NCBI GenBank assembly: GCA_051009035.1
Contig: JBPCWY010000088.1
Location: 1 to 40,830 of the forward strand
Direction of reading: 5' to 3'
DNA length: 40,830 nucleotides
Origin: Gammaproteobacteria bacterium
GTDB taxonomy: Bacteria; Pseudomonadota; Gammaproteobacteria; Tethybacterales; Persebacteraceae
Below, piece by piece: positions 9,400 to 16,925 of this stretch. Numbering within the stretch: position 1 is the stretch's first letter; every line of letters begins with the position of its first letter. A program made the translations under genes and the position numbers. The notes below the pieces were generated by a model. The model searched no databases. It worked only from the letters and a program-made list of their open reading frames with translations, and was not told the DNA's origin.

Positions 9400-9429
9400 A
9401 TCATACCACACCGCCCCCCGCCTTGTCAA
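9400..9429 (-). promoter_or_regulatory. Near-consensus sigma70 promoter TTGACA-18 nt-TATGAT driving the micro-ORF pair
   Basis: Minus strand: TTGACA at 9429-9424 (overlaps the TGA stop of the Type IIG gene), 18-nt spacer, TATGAT at 9405-9400. Confidence 0.6.
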
Positions 9430-12400
9430 GCCCACGGCGGGGGCATTTTTTCGGTTATTGCCGCTGTTTGGGCGAGGGCGGTTATTAGGTGGGCGTAGGC
9501 GCGCTGGTCTTTGTATTTTAGGGTTCGGGTTTTGCGGTCTTTTAGCCATTTTTCGGCGGGGCGGTAGCCGCCTATTGTTAAATTCCATGCCGCTTGGGGG
9601 ACGCCGCTGAAATGGGATTTGGCGTTTATGTTTATTTTTAGCGTTTTGTTGTCCTGCTCCGGTTTGACAAATTCTACAACGCAGGAGTCGCCGTGAAATT
9701 GCACGGCGTTGTCGTCCAGCGATTTTTCTTCCAGCAAATGTAAACGGCGCAATTCGCCGCCGGTTTTTGCCGTCTGCGCGAAATGCGTTTTGTTTTGCGG
9801 CTTGGGAATGCGCGCGAAATTTATTTTTAAAAACTCCGCGTATTTTTTGCGGTAATACGGGTTATGCAAAACCGCGTAGACATAATCCAAAATTTGCGGC
9901 GGCGTTATGCAGTCCGCCCCGCCGTTTTCGGCGTAAGACATGCCGGCGGCGGCGGCGATTTTTTCGGCAAACTCCGGCGCGATATTTGCGCGCTTTTCGG
10001 TTTTGCCGTGCATCTCTTCGTAAAGATACAGCGGAATGCAATAAGTTTGGTCGCTTGCCGCATGCAGGTCGGCGATGCAGGAAGTTATAAAACCCCGGTC
10101 AAAAATTTCTTTTTCCGGGATTGTCCGGGAAACAAGAAGCGCAAGATTATCGCGCTTAATGAAATGGTCCATTACTTTATTTCTGGACCGCCCCAAGAAA
10201 CCGCCGGAGGTTCCGGTATAGCAAATTCGCCGATTGTCAAAAGGGCGATAACAAATATCAGCGTAAACGAATTTTCGTTTCGCTAAATCATTTTTGGCGG
10301 ATTGAAAATTCCAACCGGAAGAATCTTTTTTGTTGCTGTATTTTTGTTTTAATTGTTCCACGCCGAGAGAAAGAAAATCGTTAACAACCGTTTCCAGCGA
10401 TTTTTGTTCAAAATGCACGGACAATTCATCGCACTTTGTCTGAATGCCGGAGTTATACACGGGAAACAAATCCGTAATTGAAACGCCCTCATCGTAATTT
10501 TCCTGCGCGGAAAAATCTTTCGGCAAAAAGAAATAATACGGCGCATGCGGCGAAAGGGTTTGGAGTTTCATGTTTCCCAAATCCGCGCCCAACAAAAAGT
10601 CAAATTTCGCCTGCTGTTTGCCGTAGCAGTCGACGTAAAAAACTTCCGCATCGGAATCGGAGTCGCCGGTTTTTACCATCACGGTAATTCCCACGCCCAC
10701 GCCGATGCTAAAAACATTTTCGTCTTTTCCGCCGCCCGGCTCGGTTTCGCCGATTTTGCCATGCAAATTAAGAATATAAATTTTATCAAAAGCGCGGAGC
10801 AAATGTTCGCGCATCTGCCGGTGCGTTATGCCGCCGTAAAAAGAATTATTAGTAATAAACGCGACAACGCCGCGCCCGGTTTTTTCCGCCACCAGCCATT
10901 CGGCGTTGCGGATAAATTTAATGTAATCGTCGTCCAGATTAAGTTTGCGTTCGCGCAATCCTTTTTTGTAATCCGCCAGCAACTCGATAATGTGCGCGCC
11001 GCGGTTTTGCGATTTTACATTATAAGGCGGGTTGCCCAGCACGACCATCACGGGCGTTTTGTTTTTAACCTCGTCGGCGGCTTGCGCTTCTTCGTCCAGC
11101 CAGCCGATTCCCATTTGGCCGTGTTCGCCGTAGTCCAGCGCATCGGTTAAGAAAACATTAACGCGTTTTTTTGACCGGCGCAACTTCTCCATAATATCGT
11201 TTCCCAACGCCAGCGCAAATTTGATATGGCAAACGCTGTATGCGCTCATCATATTTTCAAACCCGTATAAACGCGGCAACAATTCTTCCAGCGCGTAATT
11301 TTCCCAACCGCCGCGCGGATTGATTTCCGTTTTAATCGTTTCCAAGATTTTCGCCAAAAACGCGCCGGTGCCGGCGGCGGGGTCCAAAATTTGGACGGTA
11401 TGCAATTCCGCATTCGCATCATGCGGATTTTTGGTTTTTCCCGAGTCCGCGAGTCCGCGCGGCGCGTCCTCAAAAAATTCCCGCAAACAATAATCCGCGG
11501 CGCGGACAATAAAATCCACAACGGGCGGCGGCGTGTAATATACGCCCTGCTTGCGGCGCAATTTTCCGTCGTAGCGGTCCAAAAAAGTTTCGTAAAAATG
11601 CATGAACGGGTCGGCGTCCGCGCGGAGGGCAAAAGCGGCGGCGATGTTTTCCATGCTAACGCCGCGCAAATATGCGGCGGTATTGTCGGCGGCGATGGCT
11701 AAATCTTCGTCCAAATCTTGCTGCATAAACTGGTTGAAAAATTTGCGTAAAAACGGAGTCGTGTGCGGCAACAATTCTCCGGCAACGGCGCGCGAAAATT
11801 CATGCGCGCGGTTTTCTTGGTCGGCTTGCAGGCGCGCGGTAAAAAGCGCATATACGGCGGTTTGCGCGAAAATATCGGCAAACGCGGCGGGCGTTAAACC
11901 CTGCATTAAGTTTTTGCAAAATGCTTCGTATAATTGGATTAAATCGCGGTCGTCTTTTTCCATGGCGGCTTCGGCGCGCCGTTTAATTTCTTTGGCTTTT
12001 TGCGCCAATTCCGCGGCGAGTATTTCGGGGCTTGGCGATTCGTTTGCGCCCGCGCCCGCCGCGGCAAAAACGCGCAAAAACTCCGCCAATTCTTCGGCGC
12101 GCGCGGTTGAAACCGGCGGATGCATTTTGCCCCCGCGGATTTCGTCCGCCAGCCGCGCCGGTTTTTGCGCCCGCCCGTTGTCGTAGCGGCGAAATTCCAA
12201 ATAATCGGTGAGGACGAGATTGGAAAATCCGCGGCGGTAGCGTTGCAGCTGTTCCGATTTTTCTTCGCGGTCTAAATTGGCGCCAATATCTTTTGTTTCC
12301 ACATGCCCGACAAGCGCGCCGCTTTTCCATTGCACCCGAAAATCGGGCGAGCAGGAATCGTTGCGCTCGCCTTCGTTAATTGCCTGCGCGCCGGGGATGA

Positions 12401-12530
12401 CGGCGCATAACAGGTCTTGCAAACAGGCGCGGTAGGCGTGTTCTCGCGCCCGTCCGCTTGCGCGTAATTCGGCGGCTTTTTTGGCGTATTCGCGGACGGC
12501 GCGAATATCATTTTGTATTTTTGTTTTCAT
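9426..12530 (-). CDS. Single-polypeptide Type IIG/IIL restriction-modification enzyme: N-terminal PD-(D/E)xK nuclease, gamma-class N6-adenine methyltransferase, Type-ISP/MmeI-like C-terminal specificity domain
   Basis: N-terminus has SPDFRV...GHVETKD (D...ExK). MTase motif X is GVYYTPPPVVDFIV, motif I is ILDPAAGTGAFL, motif IV is VVLGNPPYN. C-terminus has YRPFDNRRICY and IGGYRPAEKWLKDRKTRTL, typical of MmeI/Type ISP target-recognition modules. No helicase domain. The ATG at 12530 is preferred over the ATG at 12578, whose extension is MGFRFCENRQILGRPT. Confidence 0.8.
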   Translation of the reverse strand: MKTKIQNDIRAVREYAKKAAELRASGRAREHAYRACLQDLLCAVIPGAQAINEGERNDSCSPDFRVQWKSGALVGHVETKDIGANLDREEKSEQLQRYRRGFSNLVLTDYLEFRRYDNGRAQKPARLADEIRGGKMHPPVSTARAEELAEFLRVFAAAGAGANESPSPEILAAELAQKAKEIKRRAEAAMEKDDRDLIQLYEAFCKNLMQGLTPAAFADIFAQTAVYALFTARLQADQENRAHEFSRAVAGELLPHTTPFLRKFFNQFMQQDLDEDLAIAADNTAAYLRGVSMENIAAAFALRADADPFMHFYETFLDRYDGKLRRKQGVYYTPPPVVDFIVRAADYCLREFFEDAPRGLADSGKTKNPHDANAELHTVQILDPAAGTGAFLAKILETIKTEINPRGGWENYALEELLPRLYGFENMMSAYSVCHIKFALALGNDIMEKLRRSKKRVNVFLTDALDYGEHGQMGIGWLDEEAQAADEVKNKTPVMVVLGNPPYNVKSQNRGAHIIELLADYKKGLRERKLNLDDDYIKFIRNAEWLVAEKTGRGVVAFITNNSFYGGITHRQMREHLLRAFDKIYILNLHGKIGETEPGGGKDENVFSIGVGVGITVMVKTGDSDSDAEVFYVDCYGKQQAKFDFLLGADLGNMKLQTLSPHAPYYFFLPKDFSAQENYDEGVSITDLFPVYNSGIQTKCDELSVHFEQKSLETVVNDFLSLGVEQLKQKYSNKKDSSGWNFQSAKNDLAKRKFVYADICYRPFDNRRICYTGTSGGFLGRSRNKVMDHFIKRDNLALLVSRTIPEKEIFDRGFITSCIADLHAASDQTYCIPLYLYEEMHGKTEKRANIAPEFAEKIAAAAGMSYAENGGADCITPPQILDYVYAVLHNPYYRKKYAEFLKINFARIPKPQNKTHFAQTAKTGGELRRLHLLEEKSLDDNAVQFHGDSCVVEFVKPEQDNKTLKININAKSHFSGVPQAAWNLTIGGYRPAEKWLKDRKTRTLKYKDQRAYAHLITALAQTAAITEKMPPPWA

Positions 12531-12555
12531 TGTTGGGCGTCCAAGTATTTGTCTA

Positions 12556-12573
12556 TTTTCGCAAAAGCGAAAA
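12556..12573. promoter_or_regulatory. Perfect 7-bp-stem palindrome in the leader of the Type IIG gene
   Basis: ttttcgc-aaaa-gcgaaaa at 12556-12573, 26 nt upstream of the ATG at 12530. Confidence 0.3.
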
Positions 12574-12602
12574 CCCATTTTATACTACAAACCCGTAAAA
12601 AG

Positions 12603-12622
12603 ATTCCCGCTTTTGCGGGAAT
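12603..12622. repeat. 20-bp palindromic repeat ATTCCC-N8-GGGAAT (dRS3-like)
   Basis: attcccgcttttgcgggaat. Confidence 0.8.
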
Positions 12623-12671
12623 GGCGAAAGGGGGAATATTTATCTTTTGCGGATTTTTGGAATGCGAAGAG

Positions 12672-12691
12672 ATTCCTGCCTTCGCAGGAAT
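12672..12691. repeat. 20-bp palindromic repeat ATTCCT-N8-AGGAAT (same family)
   Basis: attcctgccttcgcaggaat, preceded by agag as in other copies. Together with 12603-12622 it brackets a 49-bp block. Confidence 0.8.
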
Positions 12692-12733
12692 GACGGGTTG
12701 GGCAGGAATGGACGGGTTGGGCAGGAATGACGG
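12684..12733 (+). repeat. Tandem 18/19-nt direct repeat, about 2.7 units, seeded from the right arm of the palindrome
   Basis: gcaggaatgacgggttgg / gcaggaatggacgggttgg / gcaggaatgacgg. Confidence 0.85.
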
Positions 12734-12793
12734 AGAGGATGGAAATGGGGTAGCGGCTTGCAGTTAATGCCAAAATGCCGGCTTTTATTCTTT

Positions 12794-13276
12794 TTATTTC
12801 GCCCAGATTCCGCGGCGGGCTTTTTTGGCGCGTTTTTCGGCGGCGGCTAATTTGGCGGGGGTTAAATGAGGCGCGCAGTTTTGTGAAAATCTTTTGTAGT
12901 GTTTGGCGCTTCCCAGTTCCACCATTTTTTCGTTTGCCGAAACGGCGTTGCCGCGCGCATGCATGATTACGACTTTGCGTTTGTATTTGTCTATATCCAT
13001 TACGCGGGCGGAAATTTTGCCGCGCCCCAGCAACCGCGCCAGCATTTTTGTCGTCCGTTCGTATAACGGGTGGTTGTATTCCGGCGCTTGGATTCCGCAT
13101 AGGCGGAATTTGTTGCGCCCGTAGTTTACCGAGTCGCCGTCTACGACGCGAAATTTGGAAGAAGACGCGTTGAGCGTATAAACTTTTTCCGCCGCGTTGC
13201 CCGCCAACATTGGTGCGGCAATTAAAACGGCGCATGCCGCAAGCCGCGCGTAAAATGTTCGCCGCGCCGTTTTCAT
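12794..13276 (-). CDS. Secreted staphylococcal-nuclease-like thermonuclease (SNase fold)
   Basis: Signal peptide MKTARRTFYARLAACAVLIAAPMLAG. Contains VVDGDS...FRLCGIQAPE, DKYKRKV and AKKARRGIW, typical of the SNase family. The ATG is 1 nt after the aceB stop (TAAAATG). Confidence 0.85.
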   Translation of the reverse strand: MKTARRTFYARLAACAVLIAAPMLAGNAAEKVYTLNASSSKFRVVDGDSVNYGRNKFRLCGIQAPEYNHPLYERTTKMLARLLGRGKISARVMDIDKYKRKVVIMHARGNAVSANEKMVELGSAKHYKRFSQNCAPHLTPAKLAAAEKRAKKARRGIWAK

Positions 13277-13277
13277 T

Positions 13278-14840
13278 TTACAACAACGGATAGGCGGCGA
13301 GCGTTAGAAAGCCGGGCATTTCCGTAGCGGTCGCCATGGATTCTAAAATGTCGGCGGCGGCGGACAAGTGTTCGCTTTCGCCGCTTTTTTCCATTTCGTT
13401 TTTGGCGGCTTGCAACCGGCTGGCAAACAAGGACGCGCCGATTTCGCGCCCGTCCGACAACTTCGCCGAATAGCGCATCCATTGCCATAATTGCGCGCGC
13501 GAGATTTCGGCGGTCGCCGCGTCTTCCATCATATTAAAAATCGGCACCGCGCCCGCGCCGCCCAGCCACGCCGAGATGTAGCGCAACGCGACTTGGATGT
13601 TGTTGTCAAATCCGGCGAGGGATATTTCGCCTTCCGGCGCGGTCAAAAAATCTTCGGCGGCGCGTTTGCCGGGGGGGATGATGTGTTTTTGGTGCGCGTT
13701 TGGCATCGCTTCGTCAAACGCCCCGGCGGCGACGGGAATTAATCCGGGATGCGCGACCCAAGTGCCGTCGTGCCCGTCTCCGGCTTCGCGTTTTTTGTCT
13801 TCCAAAACTTTCGCCATCGCGGCGCGGTTGGCGTTTTCGTCGTCGCGAATCGGAATGAACGCCGACATGCCGCCCATCGCGTGCGCGCCGCGCCGGTGGC
13901 AGACGGAAATTAATTCCAGCGAATAGGCGCGCATAAACGGGCTCGCCATCGTAACTTCGGCGCGTTGCGGCAGGACATGCGCGGCGTGCCGGTTTAAGGT
14001 TTTGATGTAGGAAAAAATGTAATCCCACCGCCCGCAATTCAACCCGACAAGCCGCCCGCGCATGGCATGCAAAATTTCATGCATCTGAAAAACGGCGGGC
14101 AGGGTTTCCACCAGCAAAGTCGCCTTGGCGCAGTTTGGCGGCAGGGCGAGTTCTTTTTCGGCGAAATCCATAATGTCGTTCCACAGCGCGGCTTCGCGCC
14201 AGTGTTCGGTTTTCGGCAAATAAAAATAAGGACCGCGGTTTTTGTCATGCAGTATTTTTGCGCAATGAAAAAAGAACAGGGCAAAATCGGCGAGCGCGCC
14301 GGAAAGCGGGCGCCCTTTCCACAAAATATTTTTTTCCGGCAAATGCCACCCGCGCGGGCGGACGATTAAACGGCATTCGCCGTCCGGATTTAACGCGTAA
14401 GTTTTGCCGCGCGCCGCGTCTTCAAATGTGCAATCCCCGCGCGCGGCGTCAAACAGCGCTTGTTGTCCGCGCGCGATGTTTTCCCAAACGGGCGACAGGG
14501 AATCTTCCAAATCCGCCATGAAAACTTTGGCGGGGGAGTTGAGCGCTTGGATGATTTTTTTGCGCTCGGCGGGGGCGGTGATTTCCACGCGCCGGTCCAA
14601 CAGCCCGGCGGGCGGCTCGGCGACTTGCCATTCGCTTGCGCGGATTTCTTTTGTTTCGCCGTGAAAACCGGGCGGCGCGCCTTCGTCAAACCGCCGCTGC
14701 GCTTCGTTGCGCGCGTCCAGCAGGGTTTCGCGGCGGGACGAAAAGCGCGCGGCGATTTTTTCCAGAAACGATTCGGCTTCCGGCGTAAAAATATCCGGAC
14801 ACCATTCGCCGAATTTACCGCGGTTTTTAATTTCCAACAT
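13278..14840 (-). CDS. aceB: Malate synthase A
   Basis: 520 aa. Contains LLDRRVEITAP, KVFMADLEDS, LNCGRWDYIFSYIK and GHDGTWVAHPGLI. The ATG at 14840 is preceded by GAGGA with 6-nt spacing. Confidence 0.95.
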   Translation of the reverse strand: MLEIKNRGKFGEWCPDIFTPEAESFLEKIAARFSSRRETLLDARNEAQRRFDEGAPPGFHGETKEIRASEWQVAEPPAGLLDRRVEITAPAERKKIIQALNSPAKVFMADLEDSLSPVWENIARGQQALFDAARGDCTFEDAARGKTYALNPDGECRLIVRPRGWHLPEKNILWKGRPLSGALADFALFFFHCAKILHDKNRGPYFYLPKTEHWREAALWNDIMDFAEKELALPPNCAKATLLVETLPAVFQMHEILHAMRGRLVGLNCGRWDYIFSYIKTLNRHAAHVLPQRAEVTMASPFMRAYSLELISVCHRRGAHAMGGMSAFIPIRDDENANRAAMAKVLEDKKREAGDGHDGTWVAHPGLIPVAAGAFDEAMPNAHQKHIIPPGKRAAEDFLTAPEGEISLAGFDNNIQVALRYISAWLGGAGAVPIFNMMEDAATAEISRAQLWQWMRYSAKLSDGREIGASLFASRLQAAKNEMEKSGESEHLSAAADILESMATATEMPGFLTLAAYPLL

Positions 14841-15123
14841 GTTATATCCTCGCAAAAAAAACAGAAAAAAACAGAAGCGAATTTTACGCCATGCGCCGCC
14901 CGTTTGCCAAACCCGCCGCGCGTAATTTTACCAACAAAACGGCGGCGGCAAACGCCCAAAACGGAAAATTGCCTGCACAAAATTTCCGCCGCAATTTTAT
15001 TCTACCGCGCGGGAATAAAAAATGCGCCCGCAATGTTTACCGCAAAAAATATAAACCGCCGCATGCAATTTTTTGCCGCGCAATTTGCCGCGGCGGAGTT
15101 TGCAAAAAACGCCGCGTAAAAAA

Positions 15124-15198
15124 TGGTGGGCGCTGCTGGGATTGAACCAGCGACCTCCGCCGTGTGAAGGCGGCGCTCTCCCACTGAGCTAAGCGCCC
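15124..15198 (-). tRNA. tRNA-Val (anticodon CAC), CCA-encoded
   Basis: The reverse complement folds as a cloverleaf: acceptor gggcgct/agcgccc, D arm gctc/gagc, anticodon stem ccgcc/ggcgg with loop ttCACac, T arm gctgg-ttcaatc-ccagc, 3' acca. Confidence 0.93.
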
Positions 15199-15229
15199 CA
15201 AACGCGTATTTTACCGCACGGCGGGGCGC

Positions 15230-16078
15230 TTACAGCCGCAGCGCGCCGTCAAATACAAAATTGATTTTGCCTTGCAGCCACGCCGCTTTGCCCGGACTCC
15301 AGCCGCACAGCAATTCGCCGCCCGGCATCGTAATCCGCACCGGGCTTTGGAGCGCGCCGCCGCGCATTAACACCACCGCCGCCGCCACAGCACCGCTGCC
15401 GCAGGACGGCGTTTCGCCCGCGCCGCGTTCATAAACGCGCACCGCCGCGCCGTCTTTGGTTTTTTGGCAAAAGCCGACATTGACCCCTTCGGCAAACAGC
15501 CGCCGGTTGGTATTGAGCGTTTCGCCGGCGGCGGTTAAATCGTCTTCGGCGGCGGCGATAAATACCGCGTGCGGGTTGCCCAGCGACAAGGCGGCGAAAC
15601 GCCCGGGCAGCGACATGCCGCCTTCCGCCGCCGCCGCCGCATACCAGAGTTGTTCTTTTTTGCGGCTTAATGGAATTTTGTGCGGGGCGAATTCGGGCGC
15701 GGCGAGATAAGCGCGGATTCCGTTTTTGCCCGCGTCTTCGGTTTGGATGGCGGCGGTTTTGGTTTGCAGGCGCAGGCGCGTTTTGGCGGCGAGTTTGGCG
15801 CGCCGCAAAAACGCGTGCGCGCAACGCGCCCCGTTGCCGCATTGCCCGACTTCGCCGCCGTCCGCATTAATGATGCGGTAGGCGAAATCGGCGCGGGCGT
15901 TGCGCGGCGGTTTTTGTAAAATGAGAATTTGGTCGCATCCGATTCCGGTCCGGCGCGCCGCGATTTGCGCCGCCGGAAACGGCTCCGGAAGCGTTTGGCG
16001 GACGGCGTCAATAACGACAAAATCGTTGCCGCAACCGTGCATTTTAGAAAACTTAATTTCGCGCGGGCGTTTACGCAT
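15230..16078 (-). CDS. dapF: Diaminopimelate epimerase
   Basis: IKFSKMHGCGNDFVVID, QCGNGARC and a second catalytic Cys in ETPSCGSGAVA. The ATG at 16078 overlaps the upstream stop (ATGCGTAA). The 457-aa track ORF is an extension. Confidence 0.93.
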   Translation of the reverse strand: MRKRPREIKFSKMHGCGNDFVVIDAVRQTLPEPFPAAQIAARRTGIGCDQILILQKPPRNARADFAYRIINADGGEVGQCGNGARCAHAFLRRAKLAAKTRLRLQTKTAAIQTEDAGKNGIRAYLAAPEFAPHKIPLSRKKEQLWYAAAAAEGGMSLPGRFAALSLGNPHAVFIAAAEDDLTAAGETLNTNRRLFAEGVNVGFCQKTKDGAAVRVYERGAGETPSCGSGAVAAAVVLMRGGALQSPVRITMPGGELLCGWSPGKAAWLQGKINFVFDGALRL

Positions 16079-16925
16079 ACAAATTTTCCCCGCCTTCCGG
16101 GCGCGTTTTAAACCGGCGGTGCAGCCAGTAATATTGCGCGGGAGTTTCGCGCACATGCCCGCCGATGAGCGCGTTGATTCGGACCGCGTCTTGCACGGCG
16201 TCGGGACCGGGAAAATCTTCCAGCGGCGGCGACAATTGAAAACGGTAACCGTCCGCAACGAGGGCGGCGGTAAATATGCGGACTTCCGCGCCGCTGATTT
16301 CGGCAAGCCGCGAAAGCGCCGTCGTAGTCGCCGCGGGCACGCCCATAAACGGCGCAAACGCCGTATTTTTGCGCCGTCCCGCATCGGCGTCCGGCAAATA
16401 AAACAACGCGCCCCCGCGTTTGAGATGGCGCGCGCAAACGAGCATCGCGTTTTTGCCGGCGGGCGCGCCGACCGCGCCGTATTGCGTCCGCAAGCGCGCG
16501 TAAAAGCGGTTCCAAAATTGGTTGTGCAATGGTTTGTAATGAAACAAAATGCGCCCGCCGAGCAAGGCGGACAAGCGGACGCCGCCGATTGTCGCGGCGG
16601 CAAAATGGGGCGCGCAAAAAATTACCGGACGCCGCTCTTGCAAATCTTCTTCGTTGTCCACCGCCAAACGGCGGCGGATTTCTTGTTTTGGCATGCCGAG
16701 AAAAAAACATTCGTCCAAAAATACTTTGCCCAAAGTTTGGAAGTGGCGGCGCAAAATATTTTCCCGTTCTTCGGGCGGCAGGCGCGGAAACGCCAGCGAT
16801 AAATTGCGCGCCGCCACGCGCCGCCGCACGCCCGCCAACCGCGCCAAATCCCCCACCCGCGCGCCCAAAAACCGCCGCGCCGAAAACGGCAAACGCCCCA
16901 AAAACCGCAACGCGCGCATGCGCAT
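16071..16925 (-). CDS. Lipid A biosynthesis lauroyl/myristoyl acyltransferase family (LpxL/HtrB-like)
   Basis: NLSLAFPRLPPEERENILRRHF...VIFCAPHF...YLPDAD. Length and motifs match the LpxL/LpxM family. The start overlaps the mrcA stop as TAATG. Confidence 0.8.
   Translation of the reverse strand: MRMRALRFLGRLPFSARRFLGARVGDLARLAGVRRRVAARNLSLAFPRLPPEERENILRRHFQTLGKVFLDECFFLGMPKQEIRRRLAVDNEEDLQERRPVIFCAPHFAAATIGGVRLSALLGGRILFHYKPLHNQFWNRFYARLRTQYGAVGAPAGKNAMLVCARHLKRGGALFYLPDADAGRRKNTAFAPFMGVPAATTTALSRLAEISGAEVRIFTAALVADGYRFQLSPPLEDFPGPDAVQDAVRINALIGGHVRETPAQYYWLHRRFKTRPEGGENLYA

Noticed and set aside
9152-9610. Track ORFs 9152..9610 (+), 9286..9588 (-) and 9303..9488 (+) covering the micro-ORF region
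   Set aside because: They are Arg/Gly/Leu-rich low-complexity translations without RBS or promoter, and they overlap the 3' end of the Type IIG gene. The minus-strand micro-ORFs have promoter, RBS and paralogue support instead.
12684-12733. Possible CRISPR array
   Set aside because: The units are directly abutting 18/19-nt repeats with no spacers, there are only about 2.7 units, and no cas genes are present.
12513-13235. ORFs 12513..12767 (+) and 12585..13235 (-) spanning the repeat block (IPAFAGMT / FLPSQEWR-type peptides)
   Set aside because: They are translations of the palindromic repeats or antisense shadows of the SNase gene. Such pseudo-peptides are a known artefact of dRS3/REP-like repeats.
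14856-15230. Integrase or prophage junction at tRNA-Val
   Set aside because: No integrase ORF and no direct repeat of the tRNA 3' end were seen. Flanking genes (aceB, dapF) have host-like composition.
16079-16603. The 457-aa version of the dapF ORF
   Set aside because: The upstream 175 aa are a low-complexity Arg/Cys-rich read-through overlapping the LpxL-family gene. DapF homology starts at MRKRPREIKFSKMHGCGNDF.
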